From Oculatellaceae cyanobacterium bins.114 (GTDB taxonomy: Bacteria; Cyanobacteriota; Cyanobacteriia; Elainellales; Elainellaceae): 25,187 nt of DNA. Position numbers and translations under genes: made by a program. The first letter of the stretch is position 1. Every line of letters begins with the position of its first letter. Below the pieces are notes generated by a model. That model saw nothing but the letters and a program-made list of their open reading frames with translations, was not told the origin of the DNA and searched no databases. Positions 17,317-25,187 of the stretch are shown piece by piece. The stretch is from assembly GCA_033764315.1 (NCBI GenBank), contig JANRJA010000124.1, forward strand, positions 1-25,187, given 5' to 3'.

Positions 17317-18488
17317 ACTGTTACCTCCTCAAAGGATTGACCATCCATCACTGGCGATTGACCATCCATCACTGACGATCGCCCCTCCTCATACTTCTGG
17401 CGCATCTTGCGGACTAAGTTGAGTTCAGCTTGAAAGTCAATGTAATGCGGTAATTTCAAATGTTGCACAAAGCCTTGGGCTTCAACATTATCGGAGTGAT
17501 AGAGCACAAACTCTTCGTCTTGAGCCGGACCCACAATTTCTTCACCAAACTCTTTGGCTCTAAGGGAGCGATCGACCAGTGCCATCGCCATCGCCTTGCG
17601 TTCGTTATAACCAAACGTCAATCCATAGCCGCGAGTGAACTGGGGCGGTATTTCTTGGCTACCCTTAAACTGGTTCACCATTTGCACTTCAGTCACAGTG
17701 ATGTCAGCGATCGCCACCTCAAACCCCAGTTCCTCTGGGCAGATCACCACTTCGACATCACCTACTCGAATCTCTCCCGCAAAAGGATGGTTTTTGCCAT
17801 AGCCGCGTTGTGTGGAGTACGCCATGCCCAACAAAAAGCCCTCATCGGCACGGGTCAGGTTTTGCAATCGGGCATCTCGTCCTGTGGGAATGCTAAGCGG
17901 TTGGCGAGTCAGGTCAAATGGAGAGAGGTGAGCATCAGCCGAAGGCAAAGGAGGAGCTGTGAGTGGGGCATGGCTTGACTTTTCTTCCTGAATTAATCCT
18001 TCCTGTCCCAAGGTGTCGATCACACGGGGCACGCTTTCTGAGTTGACTGCGGCCACGGGTGCAACAAAGGCGTTGTTTTCTGCTGCTAATTTAAAGTCGA
18101 GTAATCGATGAATATAGTCGTAGGTTGCTCCTAGACGCTGTCCTCCTGGCACATCCTTGAAAATAGAAGAAATACGGCGTTGCAAGCGCATCTGGCTGGT
18201 ATCGATCGGTTGACTGTAATAGAGTCGGGGCAACGTTGTGCGATAGGCTCTGAGCAAAAAGATCGCTTCTACCAAGTCGCCCCAGGATTGCTTAATTGCC
18301 AATGCTGCTAAGTCAGGGTCATACAAACTACCTTCAGCCATAACACGTGCGATCGCCAATGTCATTTGTTGTTTGATCTGCTCTAACGACAACTCTGGCA
18401 CTTCTGGATCGCCTCGACGCATGGCTTTCAATAGAGCTTCTGCATTTTGAATAGCCTGTTCACCGCCTTTAACTGCAACGTATGCCAT
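17313..18488 (-). CDS. phnI: C-P lyase subunit PhnI
   Basis: YVAVKGGEQAI, EGSLYDP, LRAYRTTLP, HLKLPHYIDFQ. Confidence 0.96.
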   Translation of the reverse strand: MAYVAVKGGEQAIQNAEALLKAMRRGDPEVPELSLEQIKQQMTLAIARVMAEGSLYDPDLAALAIKQSWGDLVEAIFLLRAYRTTLPRLYYSQPIDTSQMRLQRRISSIFKDVPGGQRLGATYDYIHRLLDFKLAAENNAFVAPVAAVNSESVPRVIDTLGQEGLIQEEKSSHAPLTAPPLPSADAHLSPFDLTRQPLSIPTGRDARLQNLTRADEGFLLGMAYSTQRGYGKNHPFAGEIRVGDVEVVICPEELGFEVAIADITVTEVQMVNQFKGSQEIPPQFTRGYGLTFGYNERKAMAMALVDRSLRAKEFGEEIVGPAQDEEFVLYHSDNVEAQGFVQHLKLPHYIDFQAELNLVRKMRQKYEEGRSSVMDGQSPVMDGQSFEEVTV

Positions 18489-18558
18489 AGGAAAGAAAAA
18501 AAGAAAGAAGAGAGAAAAAGAAAAGAGAAGAGAAAAAGAAGAGATAAAAAAGAAAAAA
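18489..18558. repeat. A/G-rich low-complexity tract abutting the phnI start codon
   Basis: aggaaagaaaaaagaaagaagagagaaaaagaaaagagaag... Confidence 0.7.
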
Positions 18559-18578
18559 TTATGAATAATACATCACTA

Positions 18579-19199
18579 TCAACAAGTGGCAGATGTCGTT
18601 CGCGGTAAACCGATCACAGCGTTTTGACTAAACAGCACCACATCAACCCCCAAGGGATAGGAGGCATGGTTGGTTTGCCATTGCTGCCAAAATTGTGGGG
18701 AAAGAGGAGGAGCGATGCCTTGTGATCCACAGATTCCCGGTCCAGTCAGAACAACGGGAGTTCCTCCGTGCAGCGACTCCAGTTGCAGCAATAGCGTGGT
18801 AGACAATTCAGGATATTCCGCCGTGCCCTGATGAAATGTCGTGAGGTCAGGCATCGCAGCAGCATCCCAAATGAGAGCAAAGGTCGCTTGTTGTGGATGG
18901 GAAACGAGTCGGCACCCTGTGTGAAACACGAGCCAATCCGCAACAGGTGCATCCCATCCGGGCTGAAGCCATACCTGTGTTTCTAAATCAAACAACGTCA
19001 AACAAGTAGCGGCACAAGCAGGCATCAAGCCGGAGGGTGATGTGGCATCAGCAGCGATCGCCCCAGAGAGGGACCCAGAGGGGGAAGTGCTTCGCATCAC
19101 CTCGACTCGTCCAGGACGAGCTAGAGCGTCTAAGACCGTTCTAAAGGTGCGTTGAGCGTCATGAACCGCATCTGCAAATCCCGGCAATGAGGTAATCAT
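18579..19199 (-). CDS. phnH: C-P lyase subunit PhnH
   Basis: GFADAVHDAQRTFR, FHTG, GTAEYPELSTTL, LTGPGI, YPLGVD, GLPRTT. Confidence 0.94.
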   Translation of the reverse strand: MITSLPGFADAVHDAQRTFRTVLDALARPGRVEVMRSTSPSGSLSGAIAADATSPSGLMPACAATCLTLFDLETQVWLQPGWDAPVADWLVFHTGCRLVSHPQQATFALIWDAAAMPDLTTFHQGTAEYPELSTTLLLQLESLHGGTPVVLTGPGICGSQGIAPPLSPQFWQQWQTNHASYPLGVDVVLFSQNAVIGLPRTTSATC

Positions 19200-19669
19200 G
19201 ACTCCCCTCGCAGCATCGTAAAAAAGTTGACTCGTGTAGCTTCAACCTGTTGTTGTTGTTGCTTATGGTGCTCTTGGGCTACCTGATTCAACGGCTCAAT
19301 CACAGTGGATTGCACAGCCTCGTGCCAAGTAGGGTGCTGCAACAACGCATCACACAAAGCCGCCAGTTCTGCATGACGGTGCGATCGCCCAGCAACATAA
19401 CCAAATCCGGCAATGGCCTCTGACTCACCTTGGAGTTGCAAACGCACTACACAGCGAGTTAGGGTCATCTCCCCCAGGTAAAAGGGTTGCCCTGTGCCAC
19501 CAGCCCGCCCTTGCACCATTGCCAGCCCAATCTCTGGAGCACGTAATCTCTCATAAGGTGGCAGTTCCCCTAATAAAGTCACCTGATGCTCTAACTGGGA
19601 AAAAGCGGCTTTCGCTAACGTTGACATCCAAGACTGGCGTCGCCGTTGGTCTTGTGTCTGGTCTTGCAT
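19196..19669 (-). CDS. phnG: C-P lyase subunit PhnG
   Basis: RQSWMSTLAKA, GRAGGTGQPFYLGEMTLTRC, ATRVNFFTMLRGE. Confidence 0.94.
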   Translation of the reverse strand: MQDQTQDQRRRQSWMSTLAKAAFSQLEHQVTLLGELPPYERLRAPEIGLAMVQGRAGGTGQPFYLGEMTLTRCVVRLQLQGESEAIAGFGYVAGRSHRHAELAALCDALLQHPTWHEAVQSTVIEPLNQVAQEHHKQQQQQVEATRVNFFTMLRGES

Positions 19670-19695
19670 GAGCACCGTTTAACAAATCCTTAATC

Positions 19696-19715
19696 TTGTA
19701 TAGATGTCTAGACAA
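19696..19715. promoter_or_regulatory. Putative PhnF operator upstream of phnG
   Basis: TTGTATAGATGTCTAGACAA contains the palindrome TGTCTAGACA, which fits the HutC/GntR GTNTANAC pattern. Confidence 0.7.
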
Positions 19716-19746
19716 ATTATAAGATGGGAGGCTTGAGTTCTGTCAA
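19716..19746 (-). promoter_or_regulatory. Sigma70-type promoter of the phnG operon
   Basis: Minus strand TTGACA (19746-19741), 19-nt spacer, TATAAT (19721-19716). Confidence 0.6.
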
Positions 19747-19811
19747 GTGCGGTAGAACACTAACCAATCCCTTGAGAGAGATGAGAAGTGATATATTGGC
19801 AGTTCTAAATT

Positions 19812-19976
19812 AACGTGAATTCGGGATAAGGATTTTGGCGGTTGAAACCGCAACTACAGGAGCAAAAACGACCTGCGTCGGTTCACTCAACCCTTGATTC
19901 TCCGTAGTTCGCGAAGGCGAACTTCGCTCTGATAGCTGCGAATTTATTCGCTAGGCTCTTAAACCGAACTGACGTT
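19812..19976. mobile_element. 165-bp MITE with terminal inverted repeats and a 5-bp direct repeat
   Basis: AACGTGAATTCGGGATAAG...CTTAAACCGAACTGACGTT, flanked by AAATT on both sides; several internal hairpins. Confidence 0.75.
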
Positions 19977-20147
19977 AAATTATTTGTAAAAATTGGTCAT
20001 GGGTCATGGATCGTTGATCCTATGCGCGACTGTTTCAGATCCATTTCAGATCCCCTGTTTCCAGGGATATAACGAGGCACCTTGAGTCAGTTCCAACGAG
20101 AAACCGGGGGATCTAAACCTCTAAATTACACATCGCACCATTCAAAT

Positions 20148-20174
20148 AAAAAAGTACGGCGATCGCACCGTACT
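20148..20174 (-). terminator. Intrinsic terminator downstream of hemJ
   Basis: Minus strand AGTACGG-loop-CCGTACT followed by a T-run. Confidence 0.65.
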
Positions 20175-20224
20175 CTCAGAAGTTATCGAATTCTCTACTC
20201 AAAACAAAGGAAACCGTACACAAG

Positions 20225-20827
20225 TTACGACGTAGACCCACTAATCTCTGCTTCGCTCACACTAGCCTCAAGCGTAGCTGCCTGACGCTCTTTATCTAAT
20301 CGACGCTTACGAGCATATAACTGAATAATCGCAGCCATTGCCACAATGAGAGCTAGTGTGCCCCAAGCTGTGATGTCAGTCGGCAAGTTATTTTTGAAAA
20401 CAGCCAGCAGAACAATGATAACCAAGAAAACTGTTGGAACCTCATTGAGTCCTCGCAATTGCTGACCACTCCAAGCAAACTTCCCATCTGCCATCTGTTT
20501 CATCAAGCGACCACAATAGTGGTGATATCCGATAGTCGCAACAACAAAGGCTAATTTGGCGTGGAGCCACCAATCTTTGAGTAAATCTGGAGCCACGATT
20601 AAGAGGGCGATCGCCATGATAACCGTTAGCACCATTCCAGGCGTTGTAATGAGATTGTAGAGACGTTTTTCCATCAGTTGATATTGCTGTTGCAATATCG
20701 TCCGCGCAGGCTCTGGCTGTTCATTTGCCTCGACATGATACACAAATAGACGCACCAAATAAAACAAGCCTGCAAACCAGACTACGACCCCAATAATGTG
20801 AAATGCTTTGAACCACAAATAGCTCAT
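20225..20827 (-). CDS. hemJ: Protoporphyrinogen IX oxidase HemJ
   Basis: YLWFKAFHIIGVVVWFAGLFYLVRLFVYH, MEKRLY, WLHAKL, NEVPT. Confidence 0.95.
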   Translation of the reverse strand: MSYLWFKAFHIIGVVVWFAGLFYLVRLFVYHVEANEQPEPARTILQQQYQLMEKRLYNLITTPGMVLTVIMAIALLIVAPDLLKDWWLHAKLAFVVATIGYHHYCGRLMKQMADGKFAWSGQQLRGLNEVPTVFLVIIVLLAVFKNNLPTDITAWGTLALIVAMAAIIQLYARKRRLDKERQAATLEASVSEAEISGSTS

Positions 20828-20901
20828 CGCCTTAACCCTCTACAGTCCAAACCCGATCTTACCAAAGCAATGATTCTCCGATCTGAGTATTAAGTTTTGG
20901 A

Positions 20902-21126
20902 TCAAACAGCGTGCTTAAACAGCGTATCTAAATAAACCCGTGCGGCTCGGCGGTAGCTCCGAGATGCATCTGGCGTATCACTGCTGCCATTTTGCAACAG
21001 GAAGAGTGACAATGCTGCACAAAATACACGGTCTTGATCCCAGTCAGGATGACCAGTCAAATAACCTTGTAAGGATTCGTGCAGTTCTTCAGGAATCTCC
21101 GCCAAGATGCTAACAGTTGCGTGCAT
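20902..21126 (-). CDS. DUF2811 family protein
   Basis: SILAEIPEELH...HPDWDQDRVFCAALSLFLLQNG; ATG at 21126 after GAGG. Confidence 0.85.
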   Translation of the reverse strand: MHATVSILAEIPEELHESLQGYLTGHPDWDQDRVFCAALSLFLLQNGSSDTPDASRSYRRAARVYLDTLFKHAV

Positions 21127-21601
21127 GAGGACCTCTCGATACCAAGTTAATAAATCGAATAGACTGAAAAAAGCCGACACCATTCTGCTTCTCACGCCTT
21201 GATGAAGAATCCGGTGGATCTCACGACAGCCTGAGAAGGCTCGAAGTAGTGTTTACATTAAATGCTGTTTGACAGCAAAGCTTAGCGACAGTCTGACCGA
21301 GATGAAACTCACTAGAACCCTCAAACTCACAATGGGATGAGTTGCGAGGAGAAGTAGAACGTCTCGAATCAGATCGCTTTCATGGGTTGGTCGCATCATT
21401 GTGCGTCAGGAGGGGGTGGTGTTGTCAATGCGGCTCAACCAGATGCCAATCTTTAGGAAAACTATAGATTTACGAGGGAATCAGGGTTTTCATCCAATTT
21501 TTGTTACCCAACTTTACACAAAATCAGATTTTCTCATAATTCTCCCCCCTTTTCTATAATCCCCAATTAAGTCTGCAACCCCTGATTGTTGCGTTTACCC
21601 C

Positions 21602-21686
21602 TGTGGATAACTTGGATGAGGTTGTGGAAAACTAAAACTATTTTGTGGAAACCGTGTGGAATCTCTGGGGAAAATCCTCTGAAAAA
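21602..21686. promoter_or_regulatory. Cluster of DnaA-box-like 9-mers
   Basis: TGTGGATAA 21602, TGTGGAAAA 21623, TGTGGAAAC 21644, TGTGGAATC 21655, TGGGGAAAA 21666. Confidence 0.65.
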
Positions 21687-21847
21687 ATAAGAATTGCAAA
21701 CCGGGCAAAAAGTCAGAGATTGATGAATCTTGCTCGCCCTACAATTTGATCCCCACACCCATCAAAAGCCGTCAAAGCATTACAGAATAAGACTTTCAAG
21801 GATTTATCAGGTTTAATCGAGATCGATAAGCCAAAGTAATGGTTTGG

Positions 21848-24151
21848 TTAATCAGATTCTTGTTCGGTTAACAAACGAGTTGCTGATTCACTGTCGAGGG
21901 GTTTTGAGAAGAGATAGCCCTGCCCATATTCACAATTCATCAACAGCAGTTGCGAGGCTTGTTCTGTGGTTTCTACCCCTTCAGCGGTGACATCCATACC
22001 CAAATTATGAGCGAGAGCCAAAATGGTTCTCACAATCTCTAAGCCATCATTGCTCGTTCCCATTTTCATCACAAAAGACCGATCAACCTTCAGCGTGTTG
22101 ATGGGAAACCGGGGTAAATAACTGAGGGAGGAATAGCCTGTGCCAAAGTCATCGATCGCCAGTTGAATGCCAAGCGATCGCATTTGCCGCAACACAGCAA
22201 CCACCGATGAGGCGTTGTCCATCACCATGCTTTCAGTCAGTTCTAATTTAAGACTGGCTGGATCCAACTGAGTTTCTTCTAAAATTTGCCGCGTTTGCTC
22301 AGTCAAGCCAGACATAGCAAACTGTCGGCTAGAGAGATTGACGTTAATGGTCAGGGGCGTTTGCTCCGCATCCCGCAGGGGTAATCGCTGAGCCAGTTGG
22401 GTGTGCCAAGCCCGCATTTGATAACAGGCTTCGCGTAACACCCACCAGCCCAGCGGCACAATCAGTCCGGTTTCCTCTGCCATTGGAATAAACCGGACAG
22501 GAGAAATAAACCCATGTTCAGGATGATGCCAGCGCAACAACGCCTCAAAGCCAGTGATTTTTGCAGTCGCTAAGTGCACAATCGGTTGGTAATAGAGCAT
22601 CAACTCTTGACGATCGCCTTCACTGTTGCTCGTCGCGGCGATCGCCCGTCGCAGGTCGTTCTCGAGTTGCAGGCGTTCCAGCAGGCGTTGATGCATTGCA
22701 GCATCAAACACCTGATATCTAGCTCGACCTGACGCTTTAGCCCGGTGCATTGCTGTATCTGCATCTCGCATGAGATGCTCTGGGCGTTGATAGAGCGAAG
22801 AACTCAGAGCAATGCCAATGCTGACCGTGGTAAACACCTCATGTCCATGCAAGTTAAACGGCAGTGCCAGCAATTGTTGAACGTGATCTGCGGTGCGAGT
22901 GGCATCACTGAGATCGCGAATCTGGTTTAGCAAAATCACAAATTCATCGCCACTAATGCGGGCGATCACATTTTCGGCAGGCAAAAACGACCGGAGGCGT
23001 TGCGCCGCAGACACCAACAAGCGATCGCCAATCTCTCCTCCCAGGCTATTGTTGACAACTTTGAAGTGATCTAAATCTAGCCATAACACCGCAAATGCCA
23101 CACTGGGATATTGCTGACTAACGGCGATCGCTTCTCGCAACCGTTCTATAAATAACGCCCGATTGGGCAACCCCGTTAAGACATCATAAAAAGCATTGCG
23201 ATGTAACTTATCATCGGCTTCTTTGCGAGCCGTCACGTCCATTTGACACCCTGCCAAACGATCGGCTTCCCCAGCCGCATTTCGCACCGCCAATGCTTGA
23301 CTGAGAATCCACCGATAGGTGCCATCTTCGTGGCGCATCCGATACTCCCGCTCAAAGCGGTCTGTTTTGCCCTCTAGATGAAGGCTAATCGCCTCCTTGA
23401 GCGACTGGATATCATCGGGATGCACCCGACTAAACCAGGCTTGAGACGACAGGGCAATCGAGGGAGGTCGGGCAACCGTCGTGGGCGATATGCTGACTTG
23501 CCCATCCAAAGACTCGCTCACAGGGCTATCACAGCCCAACAGGGCTAACCAGCGAGGAGACACATAAAACAGGTCATTCTTAAAGTGCCAATCCCACAAT
23601 CCTTGATTTGCCGCTTGAATCGCTAAGGTATATCGCTCTTCGCTCTGCTGAAGCTGCTGAATGGTGTCTTGCAGTGTGCGGTATTGCTCTGCGATCAACG
23701 CCACCCCCGAAGTCAGTGCCAGCACAATCAAAGGAGCCGCCGTTGGCAACCAATAGCCATTGTAAAACGCCAACAGACTCAAGCTGACCCAGGCGATCGA
23801 AGCCGTAAACCAAGCAATCCATTGGCGATCGCGCGGCACCGAAGTTAACCAAAAACTAAACGTCAAACCCATGCTGCCTAACAACACAGGCAACCAACCC
23901 GGTTGACTCCTATCGCTCAGTAGGCGGCTCCCCCAATGAGCCAAAGCGGTCGCATCGCCCAGCGGCAATCGGTGGCAAATCTCTAGCCATGCAGCGTATG
24001 CCAGAGCCTCAAGGGGATACCACACCCCCAAAAACAATACACTAATCACGACCAAAGCCGCGATCGCCCCTGGTAGGAGCCGCCATCCTAATGGATGGAT
24101 AGCAAAAGATTGAAAGCTAACCCGTGAAAGCAACCCTTGACCCAAGTTCAA
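21848..24151 (-). CDS. Membrane PAS-GGDEF-EAL c-di-GMP enzyme
   Basis: TM helices, PAS/PAC ([22 protein letters not shown]), [29 protein letters not shown]. Confidence 0.92.
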   Translation of the reverse strand: MNLGQGLLSRVSFQSFAIHPLGWRLLPGAIAALVVISVLFLGVWYPLEALAYAAWLEICHRLPLGDATALAHWGSRLLSDRSQPGWLPVLLGSMGLTFSFWLTSVPRDRQWIAWFTASIAWVSLSLLAFYNGYWLPTAAPLIVLALTSGVALIAEQYRTLQDTIQQLQQSEERYTLAIQAANQGLWDWHFKNDLFYVSPRWLALLGCDSPVSESLDGQVSISPTTVARPPSIALSSQAWFSRVHPDDIQSLKEAISLHLEGKTDRFEREYRMRHEDGTYRWILSQALAVRNAAGEADRLAGCQMDVTARKEADDKLHRNAFYDVLTGLPNRALFIERLREAIAVSQQYPSVAFAVLWLDLDHFKVVNNSLGGEIGDRLLVSAAQRLRSFLPAENVIARISGDEFVILLNQIRDLSDATRTADHVQQLLALPFNLHGHEVFTTVSIGIALSSSLYQRPEHLMRDADTAMHRAKASGRARYQVFDAAMHQRLLERLQLENDLRRAIAATSNSEGDRQELMLYYQPIVHLATAKITGFEALLRWHHPEHGFISPVRFIPMAEETGLIVPLGWWVLREACYQMRAWHTQLAQRLPLRDAEQTPLTINVNLSSRQFAMSGLTEQTRQILEETQLDPASLKLELTESMVMDNASSVVAVLRQMRSLGIQLAIDDFGTGYSSLSYLPRFPINTLKVDRSFVMKMGTSNDGLEIVRTILALAHNLGMDVTAEGVETTEQASQLLLMNCEYGQGYLFSKPLDSESATRLLTEQESD

Positions 24152-24330
24152 CCCGTTTCACCTCGTTCTAAAGGGGATGTCAAAAATGCACACCCACTGT
24201 TGACGTTGACTCAAGCATTCACCCTCAAATAGCGATGAAAGCCTGATAGTTGATGAACCCTGTTGAGTGGTAGACACCGATGTGGCAATTAGCTTTCCCT
24301 ATTATGGTCTGCAAGCGATCGGATTGGCGA

Positions 24331-24411
24331 GAGTGGAGGGTAGATAGGTAGATGGGTGAGAGGGCAGATGAGTGAGAGGGTAGATGAGTGGGAGGGTAGA
24401 TGGGTGAGGGG
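24331..24411. repeat. G-rich tandem repeat of about 16 nt
   Basis: About four copies of GAGGGTAGATG(A/G)GTG(A/G). Confidence 0.75.
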
Positions 24412-24457
24412 ATAAAGTTTGTTTCTATCTATCTGCCTTTCATCCTTTAGCCCTTAG

Positions 24458-24505
24458 CCTTTTTCTTTTTTCTCTCTTCTTTTTTCTCTCTTCCTTTTTC
24501 CCCTT
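24458..24505. repeat. C/T-only tract upstream of the rhomboid gene
   Basis: cctttttctttttt ctctcttcttttttctctcttcctttttccccttg region. Confidence 0.7.
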
Positions 24506-24538
24506 GATATCATGGCTTTATGAACCTAGAGGTCATCC

Positions 24539-25132
24539 ATGCGTAACGAAGCCAAGGAAATTGCCCGTGAATTGCGAACCCAGATTGTGACGTTGGGTGG
24601 TTTAATCACACTGATGTGGGTCTTGGAAATTGTCGATCAACTCACAGGCAGGGCACTAGATCAATGGGGCATTATTCCTCGGACAATCATTGGGCTAAGA
24701 GGCATTTTGTTTGCTCCGCTGTTGCATGGCAGTTTCACTCATTTGTTAGCCAACACGATTCCATTTCTGACGCTGGGATGGTTTGTTATGTTGCGCCGCA
24801 CTAGCGACTTTTGGATCGTCAGCGCGATCGCCATGTTAGTCGGGGGATTAGGCACCTGGTTGATCGGTGCTCCGTTTACAGTTCACATTGGTGCGAGTGG
24901 CGTGATTTTTGGCTATTTAGGGTTTCTCTTATTTCGGGGTTATTTTGAGCGCAGTTTTATCTCAATTCTGCTCTCAGTTGGGGTTGGTGTATTGTATGGC
25001 GGATTGATTTGGGGTGTGCTTCCCGGTCGCATTGGTGTCTCGTGGGAAGGGCATTTGTTTGGCTTTATTGGAGGGGCGATCGCGGCTCGATTATTAGCTG
25101 AGCGCAAACCAACAGAACCCACGGCTATTTAA
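24539..25132 (+). CDS. Rhomboid family intramembrane serine protease
   Basis: LHGSFTHLLAN, HIGASG, SWEGHLFGFIGG. Confidence 0.93.
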   Translation: MRNEAKEIARELRTQIVTLGGLITLMWVLEIVDQLTGRALDQWGIIPRTIIGLRGILFAPLLHGSFTHLLANTIPFLTLGWFVMLRRTSDFWIVSAIAMLVGGLGTWLIGAPFTVHIGASGVIFGYLGFLLFRGYFERSFISILLSVGVGVLYGGLIWGVLPGRIGVSWEGHLFGFIGGAIAARLLAERKPTEPTAI

Positions 25133-25147
25133 AAGCAACTCAAAAGA

Positions 25148-25187
25148 CTATAGCAATCCTAAATGGGTTGTGAGAGTCGCACCCCGG
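25148..25187. mobile_element. Possible end of a cyanobacterial MITE/IS, cut by the window edge
   Basis: CTATAGCAATCCTAAATGGGTTGTGAGA resembles repeat termini recalled from cyanobacterial genomes; no partner end is visible. Confidence 0.3.

Larger units (their letters stand above)
1..25187. repeat. HIP1 octamer GCGATCGC dispersed across the window
   Basis: Dozens of copies, including inside the phn genes. Confidence 0.9.

Noticed and set aside
19676-19695. Two TTAA units 11 bp apart near phnG as a Pho box
   Set aside because: Poor consensus match and downstream of the predicted promoter.
21247-21257. Possible NtcA site GTAGTGTTTAC
   Set aside because: Spacing is GTA-N5-TAC, not N8.
21567-21758. 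63-aa ORF
   Set aside because: Overlaps the DnaA-box cluster; no protein-like features.
2950-25122. Other short ORFs overlapping assigned genes (e.g. 7864-8196, 16849-17214, 17460-17978)
   Set aside because: Alternative-frame or antisense shadows of well-supported genes.

Overview
Cyanobacterial chromosomal window: HIP1 (GCGATCGC) is very frequent, and hemJ, DUF2811 and Uma2 genes are present. The left 2.7 kb looks like a decaying accessory patch: a frameshifted TIR/coiled-coil/membrane gene, a small two-gene module, two broken Uma2 nuclease genes and an unannotated 40-aa membrane ORF. The centre is a phosphonate (C-P lyase) locus in two convergent blocks. The + block is PIN-PhoH, phnF, phnCDE. 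The - block is phnGHIJKLM plus a second phnM, followed by an antisense class III nucleotide cyclase and an accessory run: 2H phosphodiesterase, PhnZ-like HD protein, PhnO-like GNAT, HAD phosphatase and methyltransferase. No phnN or phnP is in the window. The 2H protein resembles the animal UBASH3/Sts-1 2H domain and the HAD protein resembles HDHD1, which suggests an alternative route for releasing phosphate after C-P cleavage. A phased Pho box and a shared PhnF-type operator are visible. The right part holds a MITE, hemJ, DUF2811, a phased DnaA-box cluster, a PAS-GGDEF-EAL protein apparently lacking its CHASE2 sensor, and a rhomboid protease. All family assignments are from motif recognition; no database search was run.
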